Assembly (NCBI GenBank): GCA_001643675.2
Contig: LSRY02000054.1
Span: 372,001 to 436,000, forward strand
Origin: Monocercomonoides exilis PA203
Lineage: Eukaryota; Protista; Preaxostyla
DNA length: 64,000 nt
Direction of reading: 5' to 3'
Shown here piece after piece: positions 50,304 to 62,124 of this stretch. A program made the translations under genes and the position numbers. Under the pieces are notes generated by a model. It searched no databases, was not told the origin of the DNA, and saw only the letters and a list, made by a program, of their open reading frames with translations. The stretch's first letter is position 1, and every line of letters begins with the position of its first letter.

Positions 50304-52682
50304 ATGAATATACATCGAGAAACCGTAGCTCCGGGCGAGAAGCGATCAGAGCCGGATATGCAGAAACAGCATGTCAATATCAGAGATGCACTGAGCCCGT
50401 TAGATCAAAGGAAGGAGAGAGAACGAGAAATCACACGGGATTGTGTGATGGAGATATCGAGAGAAGATGCGCAACACGATACAACGAAAGAAGACTCCGC
50501 ATATCCCCGAGTGAGGAGACAGATGAGCGAGAGGAGGAACGAGAAGAGAGTCTTGAGAGCTTTTGGGACGGTTATCGATTCCCCAATTGGGAATGCTCTG
50601 GAGAAGAACTTGTGGAGAGCGATTGCAGACACCCACGCGACAGAAGAGGACACAGAGATTCAGCATAAACACATGATGTCAGAATTGAGGAGGAGTGAAA
50701 CGATTGAACCATTGATGGAACCACTTCCTGGGAGACTGGTGAACAGGCTGAGCGAGTGGTAGAAGATTGGGGGAGACAAACTAGTGAGCCGTGGTGTAAG
50801 AGCTCGATGGAAGAGTCTCCAGTCTCCAAGCTCACTCGAGGAGAGAAAACACAGGCAAGAGTTTCGGGTGACGATAGAAATGACGAGGAATTATTTATCC
50901 CTCTTGAAGGAGGAATTAAAGGACGGAGTGGTGAAGCCCATACTGGAGTAGGAGGTGAAGTGGTTCAACCCGACATTCATGGTGATAAAGAAGAACGGAA
51001 AGTGGAGAAAGATACTAGATTGCAGGGCGCTAAACGAGGAAGTGCAGGGAAAGCATTTCAAAACGGATACACAGGAGACAGTGGTTGAACTCCTGAAGGA
51101 GAATGATTGGATGGCCACTCTCGACATATCGAGTGCTTATCAACATGTCAAAGTGGACGAGCACTTTTGTCCCTATCTGTACTTCAGCTTTCAAAGTCAA
51201 TGCTAAGCTTCCATGGGGATGCCATTTGGAGCAAAGGACGCGCACAGAGTATTCACGAAGATAATAAAAAGGGCAGTGTCATGTTTCAGAGAAAAGTGGA
51301 AAGTGAAGCTCGTAATATATCTGGACGACAGTCTCCTCATGCACCCAGACAGGGGAGCGTTGAGATCGATCTCACAGGAGATAGCCCAGTTCCTGAGGAA
51401 TCTGCGCTGGATTCTGAAGGAAGAGAAACTGAAGTTGGAACCCGCAAGGAGCGTGGAGTTTCTGCGATGGTTGTGGAACTCAGAGAAGATGGAAGTGATT
51501 CTCCAAGAGAGGAAGAGAGTGCTGCTCCTGGGGGATGTGCGTAAATAAATAGCACATGCAAAGAAATGGAAGAGACAAAAGACGAGGGATTTAGCAGCAC
51601 TCCTCGGGAGGCTGAATTTTGTGAGGAAACAACACCCACCAGCGAGCTTGTGGATGAAGCGCATGCAATATGTGCTGAGGCAGGCGATAGCCCGCAGAGG
51701 CTGGAATGGAACGGTGATCGTTAACCCAATGATGTTGGGAGAATTAACACACTGGAGAAAGATACTACAAGTAAACAGAACAAGGAGTCTGAAGAGAAGG
51801 AACAGACCAGCAGAACTAACAACGGACACGTCAGAGCTGGGATGTGGTGCAGTATTAACAATACCGAGGGAGAACAAAGAGGAGAAGATATATGTCCACG
51901 GGAGTTGGACCCTCCAGGAGAGCGCGTTAGCGATAAACGAGAAGGAGTCCAGAGCAGTGTTGAGGACACTAGAGAGAAAGGGAGCATGGCTGCAACAACA
52001 GAAGATGGACCATATTCGTCTGAAGACAGACAATATGTCCACGAGATGGACAATTCAGAAGAAGAAGAGAGCGCCATCGCTCATTCCAACACTGAGAGCA
52101 TTAGGGAAGAAACTGAACAGACTGGACATTACGATACAAACGGAACATCTCCCGGGAGAATAGAATACAGAAGCAGATGCACTCAGTTGGATGGCGAAAA
52201 AGCTGGATTATGCACTGAGGGAGGAGGAAGTTGCAGAGATATAGTGAACAATCGCACCGAGAATACCAGATACAATTTTAGAACAGATTGCGCCTGTGCC
52301 CTGCGGAAGTACTTGGAGACAATCCTCCGTGAGAAGGAGGAGAGAGAGAGAAACACAAGAAGACGACATAGTGCTAGTCCATCCGTTCCTGAGAAACATC
52401 GGACGGGTGGTGAAAGAGAAAATGAAAGGATTTCAGAGAGAAGTGACGATTATGATTCTGATAGCCTGGCGGGTACCGACCTGGACCCCGCTGCTGCAGC
52501 CTGGGCTTTCGATAAAGACCCTGGGGACCTTTCAGGAGTGCATGATACCGGGAGCGAAGATGAGAAGGCAAGGCTGGAAACTACCCCCAGGAGAGGTAAT
52601 AAGCGTCAGACAGGAGAAGGGAATATCCAAGGAAGGGACCTCTTCCGAACATAGGGAGAACACGTCGGAGCAAGAGATATAG
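50304..52682 (+). pseudogene. DIRS reverse transcriptase / RNase H / degenerate methyltransferase-like ORF, interrupted by stops only
   Basis: KWRKILDCRALN, TLDISSAY, MPFG, IYLDD, FLRW; LTTDTS, INEKE, KTDN, EADALS; VLVHPF...WTPLL. All fragments lie in one frame. Confidence 0.9.
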
Positions 52683-52699
52683 CAGCAGCAATACTTAGA

Positions 52700-54022
52700 A
52701 ATCAAAAGAGCGAAAGAGATACGTGGAGAGCACTGAGAAAATTTAAGCAATTCATGGATAGAGAGAGCATGGATGACACTGACCCCCTCGCAAACAAAGA
52801 TGCAAAGTGGATTATGGCGGAGTTCATCGAAACACTCTCGAATACAAACCTCTCAAGCGGAGTGATAAATCAGACAGAATGGAAAGTACTGGATTTTATT
52901 AACATATTCAGAGAGATTAAAATTGATGGGAAGGATATAGAAATATTTCTAAACACTTTTGTGAGAGATAAGCCGAGAAAGGGCAAACGATACAAATCAA
53001 TGTGGGACTTGACGATCATCACGAAATAGGCTGAGATCACCTACGACGCAAAAGATATACGAACACTCCAGAGGAGAGCCCTCATCCTGACTATGATCTT
53101 TGGAGCTATAAGGCCAGCAGAGCTGGAGAGAATGAGAAGTGATACAACTTTATTTAAAGATAATTTTGTCCAGACACAAGTACAAACAAAAACATCAGGG
53201 GGAGAGACGGTTAAGGTTATCATAAATAAACATCCAAACCTACGTATAGATGCTGTTGAAGCGCTCCAACGTTGGTTAGAGTTTACAAAGATAACGTTCA
53301 AAGATGAACATGTGTGGTTTGATATAGAAGGGAGTTAACCTGCAAACTTGCAGAGGATTAAAGAAGAATTAGTGGCTGTCTTGAGAGAGAACGGAATACC
53401 CGACACATTTACCGAGTACTCAATGAGACACGCAGTGATTGCACACTTTGCTAGACAACAGGATGCAGATTGGAAAGCAATCAATGCCTACGCGAGATGG
53501 GCATCAGGTTCAAGAGAAGAATAGGAATATCATACGGTTTGACCGGTACAAGACACAAATTGGATGCTGGAAACAATCGGTGGATCAGTACCCCAGAGGG
53601 GAGAAGATTACAAGCCAGAAAAGAGTGGAGATTCGAAGGAGGGGACGCTGGAGATGGCAGATGCAGATATGAAAGATCGCACCGAGGAATCACCAAAATC
53701 TGTTCTTGAAGAAGGGAGGAAACCTACGAGAAAGCGATCGAAACGAAGAAAGATACTGCTGAGTGAAGAAGGAAAGAAAAGTGAAACGGCTCAGTCACGA
53801 AGCTCTTCACCCAGACAACCGAGTCGTCAGAGGACACTCTCCATAATCCCCAGTAACATCAGTGAGCTGACTAAAGAGAAGGACATAACTCCACTGAAGA
53901 AGAGAGGCAAAGACCTGAAGAGGAGTAGGAGAAGAAGCATTGGACAGATAGTGAATGACACGGAAGAGGCAAGGGACAGACAGATGTCTCCTCAAAGGTA
54001 TCTCAAGAGGGAGCGGGTGTAG
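52700..54022 (+). pseudogene. DIRS tyrosine recombinase ORF, interrupted by stops
   Basis: YKSMWDL, GAIRPAEL (catalytic Arg), QTKTS, YSMRHA, YARW in one frame. Confidence 0.85.
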
Positions 54023-54839
54023 GGCAGGAGTGCTGCACCATCACCCGCACGCTCTCAACTCATCCGCCGCACTGGATCGTGCAAGGAAGGGGGTTTTTGA
54101 TCACGCGTGCTGAGATAGTAGGGATTTCGAGACTCATTATTGAGGAGCAAACCTTCTCCTTGTGTTTGTTGATTCGCTCCATTGCGAATTGATAGAACGC
54201 AGTGAGACAGATTTGCTCTTAGATAATACGAATGCAGATGGATAGACGATAGGCGGCTGGGTGCGAGAATGGAAAACAGACTGGTATGAAGATGACGAGA
54301 AAAAGGGCGAGATAGCAGAGGAGAGAAGTAAGGAGAAACCGCCATGAAAGATTTGTCTCACCTTTAACCTGTATTGAGAAACAGGGTTTGAAGAAAAAGT
54401 TTTTAACTTGAGCTTACTCCAATATTTCACGTGAATAAATTGCAAAGAGAAGAGTCAGACTGATCCACACAGCGTGTGGTGAGTGGATTTGCTCTGCTGG
54501 ATCAGCAGAAGAGCAGGAGGCAGAGCTCATCACATGCAGTTTTCTTTTCCACGCCTCGCGGAAGCGAGAGTGGTTTTTTTTCTGCTCCGTTTTTAGCTTT
54601 TGCCTCACCTGATCCCTGCATGGACTGCAGGAGACAGCTCCGAGGGGCGATGTCCCCTGTCCTCTGGTCTTCGTGACCAAGGCAAAAAGGCGAAGAAAAT
54701 GGTGAAGTGAGGCGGACAATGCATTATTTTATTATTATTTAATTTTTAATGTTATTGTTTTATACTTTTGTCTCGCTCTTTTTCCACGTCATTTTTGTTA
54801 GGGCAAAGTTCTCACTTAAACCACCCATTATTCAGAAAT

Positions 54840-55130
54840 AATAAAACTGATTATCTTGGAGTGAACCTGTCTCTCTACGTTCTATCAAGAAATTTCATTT
54901 CTGCAATCATTCAATTGATTCTGTCAAGCATTTCTGTGGTGAAAACTTTAAACACTTCATATGCATCCATCTCTTCAACATTTTTATTAATTTCCCAAAT
55001 CATACGTTTTGTTCATTTTCATAACCTTTTTCAAGCGTTGCAATCAACTCTGAAAAAAGGAATTAAAGAAAATAATCAGGTGAATGTTTCATTTCTTTCA
55101 ATTGAATCATTTGCAGCTCTCCATTCAATT
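54840..55130 (-). pseudogene. 5' fragment of another 2989-4463 family paralogue
   Basis: FSELIATLEKGYENEQ..EINKNVEEMDAYEVFKVFTTEMLDRIN matches FSELFDKL..ELNEAMEEMNEEELKTVFTKEMFDKIF; DNA resembles 47830-48060. Confidence 0.7.
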
Positions 55131-55762
55131 TAACTTCTGAAGAAGTCATTTTTTCCAAAAAAGTTTGCTCTGAAAAGAAAACAATTAATCTTTTTTGAAA
55201 TATTGTGCCACTTTTCCTGATAGTTGATTTGGAATAAAGGATTTTGTGTGATTTGGACACTGTTAAATAAATTATAATTCCATTTTTTTGTTTTGACTGT
55301 AAATTAATTTTTTGAATGAATTCAAAGAATTATTGTTAGTTTTTTTTCAAAATTGTCTGGAAAAGGAATCAACATTATTTATTCGAATTATTCAAAGAGA
55401 AGTTTCTGTTAATGAAAAACAACAACAAATGAATAACAAATTTTGATAGAGATGCTTCTATTTTTTGGAATGTTATTTATTTGTTTTCTTAAAAGTTGCA
55501 GTGTATTTTTCACATTCTGAAAAAATACAAAAAATACGCGTCTATATATATCAATAAAAAGATTTTGGTGATATTTTGTGTTCATAGTATTATTAACCGT
55601 GTGATATGTTTTGAATAAAGTGAGAATATCAATGATAAAAACAGTTAAACAAATTGAAAAAGTGATAAAAATAAAGCATGACAAAAATATTCGAATGAAT
55701 ATACACATGGAGTGACAAGAATAATTGCTGTTCCAAAAGATAAATGAAAGATCCATTTTTAA

Positions 55763-58183
55763 TTAATCATTCATTTCTTGTTCCTTTCCGTTATTCTCTT
55801 CATTTCTTGATCTTTTTTTCCTCACAACAACAACAACAATCACAATCACCACAACTGCAACCACAACAACAATCGGCACAACAATGGCAACAACGATCCC
55901 TGCCATCCTCTTTTTGTTTTGTTCTTTCAGTTTCTCTTGTCTCACTTTCACATACTTCTCATACACATCTTCAGGCTCTGATTCTGCATCGTTTGCTCCC
56001 TCGATCCACCCAGCTGTTGATTCATCATAATCATTCGCAAACGCAAAGGCATCTTCTTGTTTGCAGAACTTGTCGAAGTCTGGGGCAATGATGAACAGAG
56101 AAGTTGTTTTTGAGCCAGCTGTGTTTGAGCTGTCAATCTCCAGGTTGTGTTCTGAAGGGAGTTTGAGATTCGATGTGGCCTTGGGCATGTCAATGAATAT
56201 TGCTCCTGATTTCCCTTCTGGTGCTGAACATGACTTGAATGAACATTTGCTTCCCCTTCCAATGGCCACTCTTGATTCTTTTGAACTGAGGGTGATATCC
56301 AACCCTGCAGATGCTCCTTTCTCCGATTTCACTTCATTAATGTTCAATCCTTCGATTGAAACCTTCGAAGATGAATTGATCCCATCATTGATGCTGATTG
56401 CTGCTCCATTTTGGACATTCACTTTGCTAATGTCCATTCCCTTCAACGACACCTCTCTAGCTCCAGAAAATGAAAATGGTGATGATGAGAATGACACAAA
56501 TGAGGTCTCATCTGTGCATTTCACTGTGTCCATTTCCACACTTCCAGATGTCACACTCACAAGACTGCTTTCCAAGGGGCTGTTTCCATCAGCATTTGCC
56601 ATCATTCCTTCTTGTGATTGTGATCCAATTCTGGCAAATCGACATGTTGATATTTTCAGTGATATTGAATCATATCCAGCACCGATCAATGTGTCCCAAT
56701 TCTTTGTTGTTGAAGAGATTTGGAATGCCAGATACTTGAATTCCACAGTTTTCTGGCAAGAAAAGAGAATTGATGGAACAAAAACATCACAATCAATTGC
56801 CACTTCCGTATTTCCCTCTCCATTGTCATTCACTCCTTCAATTGTTATTCCACTAGCGATGTCGAAACTAATGTCTTCTGCTTTGACTGGATCAGTTGTT
56901 TTGATAATGTCAATGAAACACTTTTCCCTCTTTTCCAAATAGTCGTATGCGTCGTAGATGCTATTGATTGCTGAATTAACATCGACTCCATTTCCCTTCC
57001 CTCCTTTCTTCACAAATGCCCTTGTCATGTTGTCTTGTTTCGGAGGAGGCGGCGGATCAAAAAATGAACTGACGAAATCACATTCTTTTTGTGTGTTGTT
57101 GTCGTAACCAACAATATTCCACAAATTCCCTCTTCTTGTGTAATCAGCTGCAAAACTGTCCCTCATAGCATCTGCTATTTCTTTGAACAAAGTACTTCTT
57201 TCCATATAAATATATAATCCAGTATTTCTCTTCATTCCATTATATTCAGATGAGCAATCCTTAAATACAAGATTCTTTCCATTCGTTGGCCATTTCAGTT
57301 GAGATGCTGATGCAATATAAGGAATATACAAATAAATTCCACAAGATTCACCGCCAGTGCATGAGATGAAAGATGTCACACCTCCATCTCCAACTGTGAA
57401 TGAATTTTCACTGTTATTGTTATAAACATCTAATGTTCCTAACATTTCTGTTTGACATTCAGTGAATGTGCAGTTATTCAGAAAAACATCCACTTTTTTT
57501 TCATGATATTCCCATACAGATATAATTGATCTATTTCCTGATATTTTTTTCAAAGAAATATTTGTTAATAAAACTGTATTTGAATTACAAGCATAAAAAA
57601 CAACGTCAAAAAATTTGATGTCATTTTTATCATCAACGCATTCAACACTGTCCATATATAGATTCCCACCATCCATATTCAGCAGTTTATAATTCAAAGT
57701 TCCTCCATCATATGGCGGACGAACAAATTGACAGTTTTTTATAGTGAGATTTCCATTATATGCTTTTATCAATGCAGGTGAATATAAAACACCTAATGAC
57801 ATCGGAAAATCGAATGCCAAGGACTTGAATTCCACATAATCTTCACACGTGAATAAATTTCCTTTTGGATTCACATCACAATTAATTGTAACCATTTCAT
57901 TTTTGGTTCCATCGCTATTGACTCCTTCAATGGTGATTCCTTGGTTTTTGTTGAAAGTTATAGCTTCTGCTGTTTGTGCACTTTCATCAAGGACAATAAA
58001 GATCTTGCAAGCATTATCATCTCCAAGCAGATCATATGCGCTTTGAAATGATTTCTTTTCCTGACCGATCTCTGTTCCAGTGTTGGTGTCATCTCCTGTT
58101 TGCTTCACATAAACTGTGTAAGGTTTTCCTTCATTCAATTCTTGTGAAATTGCAAATGTGAATGTCAGAAAAACAAAAATCAT
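55763..58183 (-). CDS. 806-aa type-I surface protein with a duplicated ectodomain unit, poly-Pro linker, Val-rich TM and short tail
   Basis: Signal MIFVFLTFTFAISQ; GITIEGVN..G...I.CDV...LF.C...VEFK.LAF occurs twice; DPPPPPK; TM GIVVAIVVPIVVVVAVVVIVIVVVVV followed by RKKR. Confidence 0.85.
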   Translation of the reverse strand: MIFVFLTFTFAISQELNEGKPYTVYVKQTGDDTNTGTEIGQEKKSFQSAYDLLGDDNACKIFIVLDESAQTAEAITFNKNQGITIEGVNSDGTKNEMVTINCDVNPKGNLFTCEDYVEFKSLAFDFPMSLGVLYSPALIKAYNGNLTIKNCQFVRPPYDGGTLNYKLLNMDGGNLYMDSVECVDDKNDIKFFDVVFYACNSNTVLLTNISLKKISGNRSIISVWEYHEKKVDVFLNNCTFTECQTEMLGTLDVYNNNSENSFTVGDGGVTSFISCTGGESCGIYLYIPYIASASQLKWPTNGKNLVFKDCSSEYNGMKRNTGLYIYMERSTLFKEIADAMRDSFAADYTRRGNLWNIVGYDNNTQKECDFVSSFFDPPPPPKQDNMTRAFVKKGGKGNGVDVNSAINSIYDAYDYLEKREKCFIDIIKTTDPVKAEDISFDIASGITIEGVNDNGEGNTEVAIDCDVFVPSILFSCQKTVEFKYLAFQISSTTKNWDTLIGAGYDSISLKISTCRFARIGSQSQEGMMANADGNSPLESSLVSVTSGSVEMDTVKCTDETSFVSFSSSPFSFSGAREVSLKGMDISKVNVQNGAAISINDGINSSSKVSIEGLNINEVKSEKGASAGLDITLSSKESRVAIGRGSKCSFKSCSAPEGKSGAIFIDMPKATSNLKLPSEHNLEIDSSNTAGSKTTSLFIIAPDFDKFCKQEDAFAFANDYDESTAGWIEGANDAESEPEDVYEKYVKVRQEKLKEQNKKRMAGIVVAIVVPIVVVVAVVVIVIVVVVVRKKRSRNEENNGKEQEMND

Positions 58184-59763
58184 GAGTTTTGATGTTTCTT
58201 GATCAATATCTCAACAGATCAAAACATCCTTTATTCAAACACAAACCGATTCATTCAATGGTTTGCACGTCATTCAAGATCATTCGAAAAGTGAATTTTT
58301 ATCATTGGATAATACATTAATCGTATTACATGCACCTTTTTAAATATCAATTGATTTATGAATTGAAAAAAAAGTTAACGCCCAAAATATATTTTGGAAG
58401 CCCATTTATCAAATGAAAGTTGAAAAGATTCGATGAAGTTTGCGACAGAAAATGTTTCATCGATGAAAAACGAAAAAAGAAAAATCAGGAAAAAATGTGA
58501 TATCTTAGGTTTTTCTGTTATGAACATGAAAAAATTGATTTTTTATCAGTGCAGAATCTTTTGGAATAATTCTTTGACTCAAGTATTATTTCTTTCACAT
58601 TGAATGTGGATAACAGAAAAAATGAAGTTTTGAAACATTATCAATTGTGTATTGATTCACCACCTCGTTTGAAAATGACAAATTTTTTTCTTGTTCTTTC
58701 CACCGGAATTAACAATACAAATATTTTTATCTCTTTTTTAAATTAATCAATATCATTGACTTGACTCGTCGATTACACAACCTTATGAACCATTTCATTG
58801 TGATATATTTTTAAAAAATCTGTGTTGATGTGTTTTTGTTTTTGAAAGAGTTTCGATTTTCTGTATACTCCTAATTTTGTTCTTTCTAATCTATCTCATC
58901 TGGAGCCAAGCTCAGTTCATTGTTTTGTGTTCGGAGGTGGTGAAACAAAAAAACGGAAGGCAATTGCGACATTTGCAATGGGCATTTTTTGAAATTAACA
59001 TTTAAAATAAACCCTTCTCATTATTTTCAGTTGGCAGTTTCATGATATCAGCAAGGATGTCAGTGAAAATCAGGAAGCATTTACAGATTAATGTGCCAGA
59101 AAATGCAAAGTTGCATGTGATGTGTTCATTTCTGAAAAATGAAATGCTGCAAGTCCAGTAATAGCACATATGATGAACACCTTCATAGCTTTTGATGAAT
59201 ATTTTCATGGTTTTGAGGATTATTTTATTCAGAAAATCCTATTTAATATTTCAAAAATGTTGCTACACAATTTAATGAACTTTTTTATCACCTCAATGTT
59301 GAATTATTCCATTTGAAAATTCTTTAGACAAAGAAAAACATACGAAGTTAGACATTTAGAAGAAATATCGAATGGAAAATAAAAAAATATAAAAACATTT
59401 TCGCCAAACGAGAGATTGGTCGATGAAATAGTTATTATTTGAATGATTTTTGATGAAATAAGGAATGAAACATATTTGTTGCAAGATTTTTGAATTGTTT
59501 GACATTTTGTTATAATACACAATTTAATAAAAAAGAAAGTCCATTCCAATTCTTATTTGATTATTTTGAAAATTGATAACCATAAATTATTATTTCAGTT
59601 TTTTATGACAAGAAGAGAAAGCTCTTCCAAGGGTGCTGTAAATGCATGTTTAGGTGTTGAATCGTTTTATTTGCAATATTTTATATTTTGGAATCGTTTT
59701 ATTCAGGCAGCCTTCCCGATGATATTTTGAGGATGTTTGAGTTTTTATTTTCAAAATATTTTG

Positions 59764-61625
59764 ATGAAACGAGATTTGCCCTTTTTGCGTATGATTGTTG
59801 CAAATAGAATCTTTGGAAAATGCAACTATTCAACGATTCGTTCGTTGTCTCAGGTGAATCGCCGATTCAATCTGCTCTCAAAAACGGAAGAGTTCGTCTT
59901 TTTTGTTTTTTCATATTTTTCAAAGAAAGAATCAACATTTGACGCTTTGCATTACCTTTTCCCACTGGTTGTACAGATGTGCGAAAATCAAGTGTCAAGT
60001 GATAATTCCCTTCATGCACAAGATTTGCCTTCTGCCAGTTTGTGCGTTTCGAGACATTTCCATATTTCAGCCAAATTCGGAAGAAGACTGGAAAGAGAGC
60101 TACAAATACGGGGTGAGCACAAAGGGATGGAAGGAGACATTGCAGTTTGTATTCTGAAGCATTTGAACATTTTTTATTCTTTGACTGGTTGTTTGTCTTT
60201 AATTTATGTGTTTTGTGTGAATATTCTCTGTTGCATTTAGAATATACAAAGAGCTGGCACACATACGAGATTTTCCACGGATCTCTGAGGAGAATAGGAA
60301 AAGATTGATGAAAAAGGCGCAAAAAATTACAATTTACTCAATTTTGCGATTACTGTCAGAGATTTTGTTGGTGCTTGGGTTGCTCAGTTTCTTGAGGAAC
60401 AGTGAAATTGCTTATAGAGAAAGAATGAATGGAGAAGCAACCAATAAGTCATTTGCAGACACTTTGACATTTTCAATGCTTCTGGTTGGATCGTTTTGTT
60501 TGGCTGATTATATCATTTCGCACTTGAAAAAGCACGAGTATTCAAACAAATGGTGGTATATTGCCAACGGAATTATTCTTTTGACTGTGATGTATTTCGA
60601 CTATTTTTGGAAGCACATTCCGATATTTCTGTTCATATGGCCATATTTTGTATTCACTGTTTTGATGTATGTCTTGCTGTTTGAAAACGAATTCAAACAG
60701 ACAGCTTCATTTTCAAAATACCTGTATTTGCTGTTGGATATCGTTTCAGCTGGTCTTATGCTGATGTTTTTTGTGATTGCTTCGCTGAAAGCAGACGGTT
60801 TGACCTAACTGATGAATTTGAAATTTTTATTTCTCTTTCTTTTTTTTTCTCACAAAATGCATTGCTTGATGTTAAACAGCACACATTTATCAAGTTTTAG
60901 TGAGTTTGACATCACACGAATGGAACGACATATTTATGCTGCCAATTTTGAGTGTTTCGATCATCTGTGCCCGTTTCTTTATTGCGATATATTCTGATTG
61001 CGTTCTTGGCAAAAAAATGGATAATTTTGATCCTTCGCTGATTGTTATTTCAATGGCACTTGGTGCAGTGACTGTGCTTCCGTTTCTGATTCTTGTCCCG
61101 CTGAAGCTGGATGGTTCAATCAAGCTGCATTTTGGCTTTTGTATTGCTTCTTTGATTGTTCCTTTTGCAGTTTTAGAATATTTTACGATTCAGAATGTTT
61201 GTCAAGACTTGCGTCATGGGTTGGATTGCGAGTGGGAGAAAGAAGAGATTGAAAGTGGGTATTGTTTTGGGATTAAGAAGTTTAAGTGGCTGAGAATGAA
61301 ACTTGGACTGTGCAAGCTTTCAAAGGGGGAGGCGGTTGTTGGTTTTAAAGAGCCCTCCAAAACGGAAAATTGGATGCAAATTGGAAATGCAGGTTACGCC
61401 AATAGAGAACGATCAGAATTTCGGCTGACTGATTTTGAAACTAAAAAAGCAATGCGAATAAGAAGGTATTACTATGCAAAGCTTGAAGGCTGCAGCACCA
61501 GGGGATCTGATTGTTTTGCGAAACATCCGGAATCTCTTTTAGTCAGGCTCTTCAATAAGATGAACACTTTCGATTTCAAGTGTTCGCTTGTTTTGGTTAT
61601 TGTTTATGTTTATTTGTTTCTGTAA
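59764..61625 (+). CDS. Multi-pass membrane protein with an N-terminal F-box-like motif, intron-containing; 3' end uncertain
   Basis: LPFLRMIVANRIFGKCNYSTIRSLSQVNRRFNLLS resembles the F-box consensus; hydrophobic ORFs 60305-60808 and 60900-61625 are separated by intron-like T-rich GT..AG gaps. Confidence 0.55.
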
Positions 61626-62124
61626 AATTGCCTTGTTTAAATATATAGAGTTTTTTCTTTCCTTTTGTTATTTCATAGAGACAAAGAGTTTTTCTTTTCT
61701 TTTGAGGCTAATTTTATTTTCAGTTTTCAATATTTTTTTTTTTGTTTTTTTTTTCAATTCAGCTTATTTGCCTTTTTGTTTTCAAATTTTGCTTTTTTTG
61801 AGTAATGTAACTCCGAAAAACTCGTTAATAATGGAATTAAAGAAAGAAAAATTGAATTATTGTGAATTTTTTCAATTCCATTTTAATCAAATGGTTTATT
61901 CTTCATAAATACAAGATTATTTTTTTTTTTCATTGAAGTGTGAAATTGAACTCGATTCGTAAATATCATCATGAAATGTTTATTTCCAAAAATGTTTGAA
62001 AAAACTGTTTTATATATCTTATTCAAAATGAAATAAAAAGCAAAAAAAAATATTGTACAAAAAATTGATCAAAAATTTTGGTTTAAGTTTTTGTTAATTC
62101 TGGTTTAATTGAAATATTTTTGAT

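Larger units (their letters stand above)
48620..54724 (+). mobile_element. Near full-length, inactivated DIRS1-like retrotransposon with inverted terminal repeats
   Basis: Gag-like, RT/RH/MT and YR ORFs in DIRS order; GC-rich relative to flanks; inverted repeat core 48873-48915 against 54132-54174 (4 mismatches in 43 bp). Confidence 0.9.

Noticed and set aside
50304-52682. RT acting as a diversity-generating retroelement for the receptors
   Set aside because: The RT is DIRS-type with RNase H and a tyrosine recombinase and is inactivated; receptor differences are not adenine-specific and no template repeat is visible.
49833-53530. Many TAA/TAG stops in frame-preserved DIRS ORFs, suggesting a TAR=Gln code as in some oxymonads
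   Set aside because: Host genes here end in TAA (AP4S1, receptor A) and long host ORFs contain no internal TAR; the DIRS stops include TGA and fall where other residues are expected, consistent with decay.
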